Of a DNA stretch of 64,000 bases, positions 27,447-33,554 are shown one piece after another. The DNA lies in the NCBI GenBank assembly GCA_902563835.1, contig CACEZB010000001.1, positions 42,217 to 106,216 on the forward strand, read 5' to 3'. The stretch is from an uncultured SAR86 cluster bacterium (lineage in GTDB: Bacteria > Pseudomonadota > Gammaproteobacteria > Magnimaribacterales > D2472). Under the pieces are notes generated by a model. The model did no database searches and was not told the DNA's origin. It was given only the letters and a program-made list of their open reading frames with translations. Numbering within the stretch: the stretch's first letter is position 1; every line of letters starts with the position of its first letter. Both the position numbers and the translations under genes were made by a program.

Positions 27447-28304
27447 TTATTTCTTAATTTGTTTATTTACTAGTTTTATTTTGTCTACATTTAGACCCTT
27501 AACATTTACTAAATTACTAAAGATGCTAGCAAAAAGTCTAATCGAGTAGTTTTCAATCTCATCTAAGAGGAAACTATACTCCGGATGAAGTTCAAAGAAC
27601 AAAAAACTATCAAACTCTTCCATTGCGACTCTTGAAGAGTTTTCTTTTACCCTGTCTCCAAATTTATTTGCTTTTCCAATATAGAGTTGGTTTTCTTTCT
27701 TGTTATTTAAGATGTAAACCACATTTGTTCTCGATGAATACTTTTTTAGTTCAGATTTTTTTAACCATCTGTCTGAATAGGAAATAAAAATTTTATCTTT
27801 TTGTTTTTTCTTTTTACTGTCTTCCCAAAAAGCAAATAAATTTTTATCCTCAAGAAAATAAAACATCTCATCAAAGTCAGTCTCTTGCTTAGAAAGTACT
27901 TTTACTCTAAAAATATTTTCTTTTAAGTGAACAAATTCGAGAAGTTCTTTTATTTTTGGTTGTGCTTTATTTCTTGTGGAGGCATAACTGTAGATCATTA
28001 ATTTTCTTAATGCCTTTAAGGTATCGAGTTCGTTTTTCCAATATATTTGGAGCACATCCCTAACAGGGTATTTAACATTAGATCTTTTTTTTGATTTGCT
28101 TGAATTATCAATACTGACTAATCGTATTTTTGCATCAAAGGTTTTGTTTTTAATTTTTAGTTTTATCGATTTTATTCTTTCTTTTTTTGTGAGTTTAAAG
28201 TGCTTTATATACTCTGGATAAACTGCTTTTTGAAGAGTAAACCCGTAATAAAAAAATGTATATCTAGGTATTACATAACTGGAACTTAAAGCAGGTTTGA
28301 CCAT
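27447..28304 (-). CDS. GIY-YIG-domain nuclease with unassigned Lys-rich N-terminal region of about 190 aa
   Basis: The C-terminal segment VVYILNNKKENQLYIGKANKFGDRV...LLDEIENYSIRLF matches the GIY-x(9-11)-YIG-x(7)-R...E..N layout (compare UvrC GVY..LYVGKAKNLRKRV). This is about nt 27519-27725. Confidence 0.6.
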   Translation of the reverse strand: MVKPALSSSYVIPRYTFFYYGFTLQKAVYPEYIKHFKLTKKERIKSIKLKIKNKTFDAKIRLVSIDNSSKSKKRSNVKYPVRDVLQIYWKNELDTLKALRKLMIYSYASTRNKAQPKIKELLEFVHLKENIFRVKVLSKQETDFDEMFYFLEDKNLFAFWEDSKKKKQKDKIFISYSDRWLKKSELKKYSSRTNVVYILNNKKENQLYIGKANKFGDRVKENSSRVAMEEFDSFLFFELHPEYSFLLDEIENYSIRLFASIFSNLVNVKGLNVDKIKLVNKQIKK

Positions 28305-28323
28305 TTTTTATTCGACGGTTGCA

Positions 28324-28347
28324 GAATAAGTGCGAGTAGTGATTTCG
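28324..28347. repeat. left copy of a perfect 24-bp inverted repeat
   Basis: gaataagtgcgagtagtgatttcg is the exact reverse complement of 28941-28964. Imperfect extension to 28314 (acggt...). Confidence 0.9.
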
Positions 28348-28367
28348 TTTATCGTGTTCATTTCCAT

Positions 28368-28796
28368 TTAAAATTTGTTTCCTTTGATTGTTTCTTTTAT
28401 TAGATTCTGGGTTATGTTTATCCACTCCACTTCTTTAATTAGTTTACATTTACCTTTTAAAGATCCGTTCCCCAATCGTTCAAGATAAAGCGTCTCTCTG
28501 TTTAATGAATAATAAGAGTCATATAACTTATCTATGTGCTTTAGATGTATACCGCCTTCGCCTACAACCTTATATACTTTGCCTGAAATTTTATGAAACT
28601 TATATACGCCCACTTCAAAGGTATTGTTTTTTATTGGTTTTGTATTTACTACAAAATATTCTTGATAATCTGCTTCTAACTTATTTTCATTGCCTTCCTT
28701 TCTCCATTCATCATCTATGTCACATTCAATCCAAGTCGTTTCACCATGAGCATGGAAATTGATTATAAAAATTAAGCAAATTAAAAATTTTTTCAT
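28368..28796 (-). CDS. small secreted hypothetical protein
   Basis: 142 aa with an N-terminal signal peptide (MKKFLICLIFIINFHA). The whole gene lies between the 24-bp inverted repeats. Confidence 0.55.
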   Translation of the reverse strand: MKKFLICLIFIINFHAHGETTWIECDIDDEWRKEGNENKLEADYQEYFVVNTKPIKNNTFEVGVYKFHKISGKVYKVVGEGGIHLKHIDKLYDSYYSLNRETLYLERLGNGSLKGKCKLIKEVEWINITQNLIKETIKGNKF

Positions 28797-28940
28797 ATCT
28801 TATTCTTACATACTAATAAGTTAGTTTCATCCTTGAGATTTTTGTCTTGTAAGTTTTCTGTTCTTTTTGAGGATAAGCAACTAAATAATCACTTCTGCAA
28901 TTAAGAATAAAAGTTAAATATGTATCGTTGATGCGTGATG

Positions 28941-28964
28941 CGAAATCACTACTCGCACTTATTC
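28941..28964. repeat. right copy of a perfect 24-bp inverted repeat
   Basis: cgaaatcactactcgcacttattc. Overlaps the J3 remnant. Confidence 0.9.
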
Positions 28965-28978
28965 CACCGTAGCAGAGT
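28959..28978 (-). repeat. J3 element: third UACG-loop hairpin / GlmS-end-like remnant
   Basis: The minus strand reads tct gct acg gtg gaa taa (SATVE*). The hairpin is ACUCUGC-UACG-GUGGAAU with 6 of 7 pairs (2 wobble). Confidence 0.55.
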
Positions 28979-29098
28979 GTTCTTACCCCACCCATAATTC
29001 TTCACTATTTCTGCGGTATTTAAAAAGGTTAATGATTGGTTGCTTAAATTACTCATAATTATAGTGCTGTATATCCAAATTATGATATTGATTTAAAA

Positions 29099-29464
29099 TC
29101 AAGATAGTAACCAAAACGCCAAAAGACTAATATAGAAAATCTGTATTATCACAAGAAGACTGTCAATAAGACTATCAATCGAACCTGTAAATTTATTATT
29201 TATGCCAACAAGGTCTAAAACTTCTTGAAGCAATCTAAGAAAAAATAAAAAAAACAATGGTATTACTAATCCATTTGGTCCCGCATACGTAATAGTGTTG
29301 TATAGCAAAGGGGTATTATTTATCAGATCAGAGGATACTAGCGAGACATAAATCCAAGGGGCAGAAAACATGGCAAATAAAAGAATAAACCCGTAAGTAA
29401 TAATCGCACCTATGGCACTGGTAAGAAATCTAGAAAGAAATTTTCTAATCTGCTTAATATCCAT
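29099..29464 (-). CDS. hypothetical membrane protein
   Basis: 121 aa with about 3 TM segments. Confidence 0.5.
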   Translation of the reverse strand: MDIKQIRKFLSRFLTSAIGAIITYGFILLFAMFSAPWIYVSLVSSDLINNTPLLYNTITYAGPNGLVIPLFFLFFLRLLQEVLDLVGINNKFTGSIDSLIDSLLVIIQIFYISLLAFWLLS

Positions 29465-29544
29465 TTCTTAATAAGAGGTTCACGATTTTAGTTTGATTGT
29501 GTTATTGGTTAAGTAAAAAAGTAATTTGGTTTTGATATAAACCA

Positions 29545-30000
29545 TCAATAAATTAAAACACAATAATTTAACTCTGTTTCCGCTTCATCGTATTGTTCTT
29601 TGGTTATAGGCAACAAATTTTCAAAAGGAATTGGGTGTGGTTTTATTCTGGGTGGGTCTTGATAGTTTAATATTGCGTATTTTCCTGTGAATTGTATTCC
29701 GTTTTTTGTTTCAGCAATAAATTCTAGAGTTGGTGCAACACCAGGACCTTGTGCTTCCCATGGCAAACAATACTCATCTTCTCCTATCATTCGACAATAC
29801 AATGGCGGCATAACATCAACATCAACATGGTTATTTAAAAAGGTCATGCTAATCGCTGGTTGTATTGTCATCATGTAGTAAGTACGATTCATCTCAGCAA
29901 TCGAATAAGTTACAGAACATCTAATATCTTTTTCTCCTCCATCTTCGTGAGCAAATAGATTAATAGATAAGAGCAATGTAAATAGAACAACGTTTTTCAT
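29545..30000 (-). CDS. small secreted hypothetical protein
   Basis: 151 aa. The signal peptide ends ...NLFA and is followed by HEDGGEKD. Contains 4 Cys. Confidence 0.55.
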   Translation of the reverse strand: MKNVVLFTLLLSINLFAHEDGGEKDIRCSVTYSIAEMNRTYYMMTIQPAISMTFLNNHVDVDVMPPLYCRMIGEDEYCLPWEAQGPGVAPTLEFIAETKNGIQFTGKYAILNYQDPPRIKPHPIPFENLLPITKEQYDEAETELNYCVLIY

Positions 30001-30150
30001 AAAAATATTTTGCCATAACTCTTTATAAATGTCCTATAAGTACACATAAAGGTCCGCAACAAGTCTCAACATCCCCTTGTGACTTCCTCTAACACGAAAA
30101 AATAGGTGAAATTTTTAGGGTAGTTTTTACCAGGGTTAAATTTTAGTGGT

Positions 30151-30176
30151 TTTTAAAACCCCCGCAGAATGCGAGG
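30151..30176 (-). terminator. candidate rho-independent terminator, probably the displaced ancestral glmS terminator
   Basis: Minus-sense CCUCGCA-UUC-UGCGGGG (7 pairs, one G.U that pairs only in this sense), then GUUUUAAAA. It starts 23 nt after the stop codon of the glmS-end remnant. Confidence 0.5.
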
Positions 30177-30199
30177 TTAAAACTAATTGTTGTTTAAAT

Positions 30200-30221
30200 T
30201 TACTCCACTGTGACTGACTTG
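30200..30221 (-). repeat. displaced copy of the glmS 3' end (last 6 codons plus stop), acting as an att-like direct repeat
   Basis: ttactccactgtgactgacttg versus 31726-31747 ctactccacagtgactgacttg is 20/22 identical. Both differences are silent (Thr third position; TAA versus TAG). Confidence 0.85.
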
Positions 30222-30225
30222 AATG

Positions 30226-30240
30226 AAACAGAGAATTAGA
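30226..30240. repeat. inner inverted repeat, left copy (AAACAGAGAATTAGA)
   Basis: 14/15 match to the reverse complement of 31707-31721. Both copies sit exactly 4 nt inside the 22-bp direct repeats. Confidence 0.75.
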
Positions 30241-30280
30241 TTTATCCCTTATGTCTACTGACTTCTTCATTGCTTTTTTT

Positions 30281-30386
30281 TTGACCAAACCCTACCTGCT
30301 TTTGCAGTAACCTCGTTGACCAAACCGGTTTTATAGATATTTCTTCCATTTTATACATTATAACCGTTGTTATTGTTTGACCAATC
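30281..30386 (+). repeat. three direct copies of TTGACCAA(A/T)C (30281, 30316, 30377)
   Basis: ttgaccaaacc occurs twice and ttgaccaatc once, in the non-coding arm next to the left att-like repeat. These are candidate arm-type or regulator binding sites. Confidence 0.45.
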
Positions 30387-30414
30387 GTCCTATATAAGTT
30401 TGTTATAATTTTTA

Positions 30415-31656
30415 ATGGTTATGAAAAAAATAATAGTTCTCAATATTCTTGTCCTTCTTGCTGGTTGTGGTCCATCGCAGGAAGAGAGGGTGAATATTGC
30501 TCTAAATGCTTGCGCCGTTATGGGTGAATCGAAACAATCAGATTCATTGTTTCGCATGCAAACCATGGTTGATGCGCGAGAAAAGTTAGGTGGTGAAGGG
30601 TTTTCGGGAGGGGATGACGCAATCTTAGAGGCATTTGAATTTGGAATTTGTTCAGAGTTAGTATTGAACGAATCCTATGATGAACTTCTTCTATCTTTAA
30701 AAGATGCTAAGCGCGAAAGAGAGAGAATAGCGGCAGAGAAATTGGCAGAAGAAAAGAGAATAGAGGCAGAAAAACTGGCAGAAGAAAAGAGAATAGAGGC
30801 AGAAAAACTGGCAGAAGAGAAGAGAATAGAGGCAGAGAGGCAAAGAATTGCCGATAGTAAACCTACAGTAAAAGAAGAGTTCTATGGCAACGGTAGATTA
30901 AAAAGCAGGACAAATTACCAACCCGTACTGAATGGAGGAAAAAAACATGGTCTTTTTGAGTTGTTCTACAAGAGCGGTCAATTACAGTTAAAGCAAAACT
31001 ACAGAGACGGAAAAGAAGACGGTGTTTATGAGGAGTACTACGAAAATGGTCGAGTAAGTGTACGGACTGTTTTTAAGAATGGAAAACGTGAAGGTCCTTA
31101 TGAGGAGTATCATGAAAATACTCAATTGTGGGTACAAACTGTTTTTAAGAATGGGAAAATTGAAGGTGATTATTTTCAATACGACAAGTACGGTATTGTA
31201 AAAGCACAGATTAGTTTTAAGAACGGAAAACGTGATGGTCCTTATATAGGTTACTGGGATAAAGGGGGGGTAAGAGAAATGGGTAATTACAAGGAAGGAA
31301 AACGTGATGGTCATTTTTGGTTTTATGGAGCAAAAGGCACTCGTTCATCTATGGTAGATTGGGAAGAAGATACTTTCTATAAGATTAACATTGAAGAAAA
31401 ACTAAAAGGTTATTTTAAAAACGGTTTCTTCTATCCATTAGAAAAAGAAGGTATTTACAAGAATGGATTGCGTCATGGTATTCATAAAACCTATGCGGAT
31501 TACTACACGGAGGGTGAAACTCTGTTGACTTGGAAAGGAGAATACAAAAACGGAAAGTTAGATGGTCTAACTTTTGGTTATGACGGCAAAAGAGAATATG
31601 TAAAGAATTGTTACAAAAACGGTGATGAAATAATTATGTCCTACTGCAAAAAGTAA
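30415..31656 (+). CDS. lipoprotein with MORN-variant (YwqK-like) repeats and a coiled-coil linker
   Basis: Lipobox LLAGC. More than 8 repeats of the Y.NGk..G....Y type. AEKLAEEKRIE occurs 3 times. The start may instead be the ATG at 30421. Confidence 0.7.
   Translation: MVMKKIIVLNILVLLAGCGPSQEERVNIALNACAVMGESKQSDSLFRMQTMVDAREKLGGEGFSGGDDAILEAFEFGICSELVLNESYDELLLSLKDAKRERERIAAEKLAEEKRIEAEKLAEEKRIEAEKLAEEKRIEAERQRIADSKPTVKEEFYGNGRLKSRTNYQPVLNGGKKHGLFELFYKSGQLQLKQNYRDGKEDGVYEEYYENGRVSVRTVFKNGKREGPYEEYHENTQLWVQTVFKNGKIEGDYFQYDKYGIVKAQISFKNGKRDGPYIGYWDKGGVREMGNYKEGKRDGHFWFYGAKGTRSSMVDWEEDTFYKINIEEKLKGYFKNGFFYPLEKEGIYKNGLRHGIHKTYADYYTEGETLLTWKGEYKNGKLDGLTFGYDGKREYVKNCYKNGDEIIMSYCKK
30733..30831 (+). 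repeat. 33-bp x 3 in-frame tandem repeat encoding AEKLAEEKRIE
   Basis: gcagaRaaaYtggcagaagaRaagagaatagag is repeated head to tail, with partial copies on both sides. Confidence 0.9.
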
Positions 31657-31683
31657 TCAATTGCTTTTTTGTAAAAAAGGGAG

Positions 31684-31725
31684 AAAAAAATGACAGAATC
31701 GTGATTTCTTATTCTCTGTTTTGTT
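31684..31725. terminator. candidate bidirectional terminator between the convergent MORN gene and glmS
   Basis: ACAGAAT...ATTCTCTGT stem (7 pairs plus a 2-nt bulge). It is flanked by A7 on one side and TTTGTT on the other, so there is a U-tract in both senses. Confidence 0.45.
31707..31721. repeat. inner inverted repeat, right copy (TCTTATTCTCTGTTT)
   Basis: Reverse complement AAACAGAGAATAAGA. Partner of 30226-30240. Confidence 0.75.
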
Positions 31726-33552
31726 CTACTCCACAGTGACTGACTTGGCAAGATTTCTTGGTTGATCAATATCGGTGCCCCTTAAAAGGGCAACCTCATA
31801 AGAAAGAATTTGAAGTGGAATGGTGTAAATAATTGGAGTTAAAAGAAAATCACATTTAGGCATATTAATAACCTGTCCTGATTTTAAATCCATTGTGATA
31901 GAAGGATCAGCAAAAACATACAGGGTGCCGCCCCTAGCCTTAACTTCTTCGAGGTTTGAAACAAGCTTTTCAGCTATTTCGCTCTCTGGAGCTAATGCAA
32001 TAACTGGCATTTCTTCATCAATTAATGCCAAAGGTCCATGTTTTAACTCGCCGGCCGGATAAGCCTCAGCATGAATATAAGAGATTTCTTTAAGCTTAAG
32101 AGCGCCTTCTTTTGCAATGGGATAGAAGATACCTCTTCCTAAAAATAAAGCATTATCTTTGCTTGCTATTGCAGGCGCTATCTCAAGAATTTTATCTTTT
32201 AATTTTAAGGTCTCATTTACAGTATCAGATAACGATCTCATTGCTGTAATAACACGAGTCCTTAATTTAGGGTTTTTACCCCTACTCTTTGCGAGCGCAA
32301 GAGAAAGCAGCATTAATGCAGCTAGTTGAGTGGTAAATGCTTTGGTTGAAGCAACGCCTATCTCAGGGCCGGCATTAGTAAAAATAGAATAATCAGATTC
32401 TCTTGCTAAAGAGCTAGTCGGCACATTGCAAATTGTTAGCGTTGATAAATAATCTTTTTCTTTTGCATATCTTAATGCAGCAAGTGTGTCTGCTGTTTCT
32501 CCTGACTGAGATATTGTTACCAATAGAGAATCTTCGTCAACATGTGGATTTCTATATCTATATTCTGAAGCATAATCAATCTGGGTTGGCAGCTCTGCGA
32601 TAGCAGAAAACCAGTTTGCAGCAACCCTTCCTGCATGCAAGCTCGTGCCGCAAGCAACAATTTGGATTCTTTTTACTTTTTCAAATATTTCAGATGACCC
32701 TATACCAAAGATATTATCTAATACATCATCGCCACCAACTCTGCCATCGATTGTATTTAGAATTGCATCAGGCTGTTCATATATTTCTTTTTCCATGAAA
32801 TGTTTATATTCGCCTTTAGAGGTTGCCTGATTAGAAATGTCAATTTGAGAAATCTCTCTTTCGACTTTATTTTTTGACTGATCATAGATTGTAAATTCTT
32901 CAGATGAGAGCTCAGCCACATCTCCATCTTCTAAAAAAATAAATTCATTTGTTAGCTGAGCTATAGCAAGAGGATCTGATGCAGCTAAAAACTCATCTGT
33001 TCCTATTCCAATTAGTAGTGGCGATTTGTTCCTAGCAATAATTATATTTTTGTCATCTTCTTTATCTATTGCTGCAATTGCATAAGCGCCATCAAGTTTT
33101 TCTTTAGTTAAATACATCGAGTCCAGCATTGAATTGCCCTTGGCTAAAAAATACTCAAGCATATGGGCTATTAATTCTGAGTCTGTTTGAGAAGAAAAGC
33201 TATAGCCCTCCTTTTTTAAAAATTCTTTTAAATCAAGATAGTTTTCAATAATTCCATTGTGAACAATGTAGACTCTTTCATTTGACTTATGAGGATGAGC
33301 GTTTTCCTCTGATGGTTCTCCATGAGTTGCCCATCTAGTATGAGCAATCCCCAGCTTACTTTTTGGCTTTTCGGAGATCATCTTTTCTTCTAGTAATTTA
33401 ACTTTTCCCAAAGTTCTTAAATGAGCTATTTGATTATTCTGATGTAGCGCGATCCCGGCAGAGTCATAACCTCGATACTCCATTTTATGAAGCCCTTGAA
33501 CAAGAAGCTTTCCTACATTTCTGTTAGAAGCAGCAGCTATGATTCCACACAT
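31726..33552 (-). CDS. glmS: glutamine--fructose-6-phosphate aminotransferase
   Basis: 608 aa. N-terminal MCGI (Cys2 nucleophile), two SIS domains, C-terminal ...LAKSVTVE. Confidence 0.97.
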   Translation of the reverse strand: MCGIIAAASNRNVGKLLVQGLHKMEYRGYDSAGIALHQNNQIAHLRTLGKVKLLEEKMISEKPKSKLGIAHTRWATHGEPSEENAHPHKSNERVYIVHNGIIENYLDLKEFLKKEGYSFSSQTDSELIAHMLEYFLAKGNSMLDSMYLTKEKLDGAYAIAAIDKEDDKNIIIARNKSPLLIGIGTDEFLAASDPLAIAQLTNEFIFLEDGDVAELSSEEFTIYDQSKNKVEREISQIDISNQATSKGEYKHFMEKEIYEQPDAILNTIDGRVGGDDVLDNIFGIGSSEIFEKVKRIQIVACGTSLHAGRVAANWFSAIAELPTQIDYASEYRYRNPHVDEDSLLVTISQSGETADTLAALRYAKEKDYLSTLTICNVPTSSLARESDYSIFTNAGPEIGVASTKAFTTQLAALMLLSLALAKSRGKNPKLRTRVITAMRSLSDTVNETLKLKDKILEIAPAIASKDNALFLGRGIFYPIAKEGALKLKEISYIHAEAYPAGELKHGPLALIDEEMPVIALAPESEIAEKLVSNLEEVKARGGTLYVFADPSITMDLKSGQVINMPKCDFLLTPIIYTIPLQILSYEVALLRGTDIDQPRNLAKSVTVE

Positions 33553-33554
33553 CT

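Larger units (their letters stand above)
26292..31725. mobile_element. composite accessory island at the glmS 3' end, made of stacked integrase-less modules
   Basis: Bounded by the core GFA gene and the glmS stop codon. Contains only small unassignable ORFs and is subdivided by repeats (see the repeat features). No recombinase or transposase ORF is present. Confidence 0.55.

Noticed and set aside
28813-28995. 60-aa ORF in the island spacer
   Set aside because: It spans the right 24-bp inverted repeat and the J3 hairpin. It has no RBS-like context or recognisable features, so the repeat structure explains the sequence better than coding does.
30001-30150. Slightly GC-richer 150-bp non-coding stretch as a possible small RNA or integrase gene remnant
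   Set aside because: Translation in all six frames gives only short stop-interrupted peptides with no recognisable motif. I see no convincing conserved secondary structure beyond the adjacent terminator hairpin.
30377-30409. TTGACC ... TGTTATAAT as the promoter of the MORN lipoprotein gene
   Set aside because: The spacing between the -35-like and -10-like hexamers is 21 nt. The extended -10 (TGtTATAAT) ends only 5 nt before the annotated ATG. TATAAT-like strings are common in this AT-rich DNA, so this is not supportable without transcript data.
30733-30831. Regularly spaced 33-bp repeats as a possible CRISPR-like array
   Set aside because: The repeats are directly adjacent with no spacers. 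They are in frame inside a long ORF and encode a coiled-coil peptide repeat.
26292-31725. Tn7 or a Tn7-like/CAST element, as expected downstream of glmS
   Set aside because: No tnsA/B/C/D/E-like, Cas or large ATPase ORFs are present. There are no TGT...ACA termini with arrays of 22-bp TnsB-type sites. Canonical Tn7 inserts beyond the stop codon and does not duplicate the glmS coding end.
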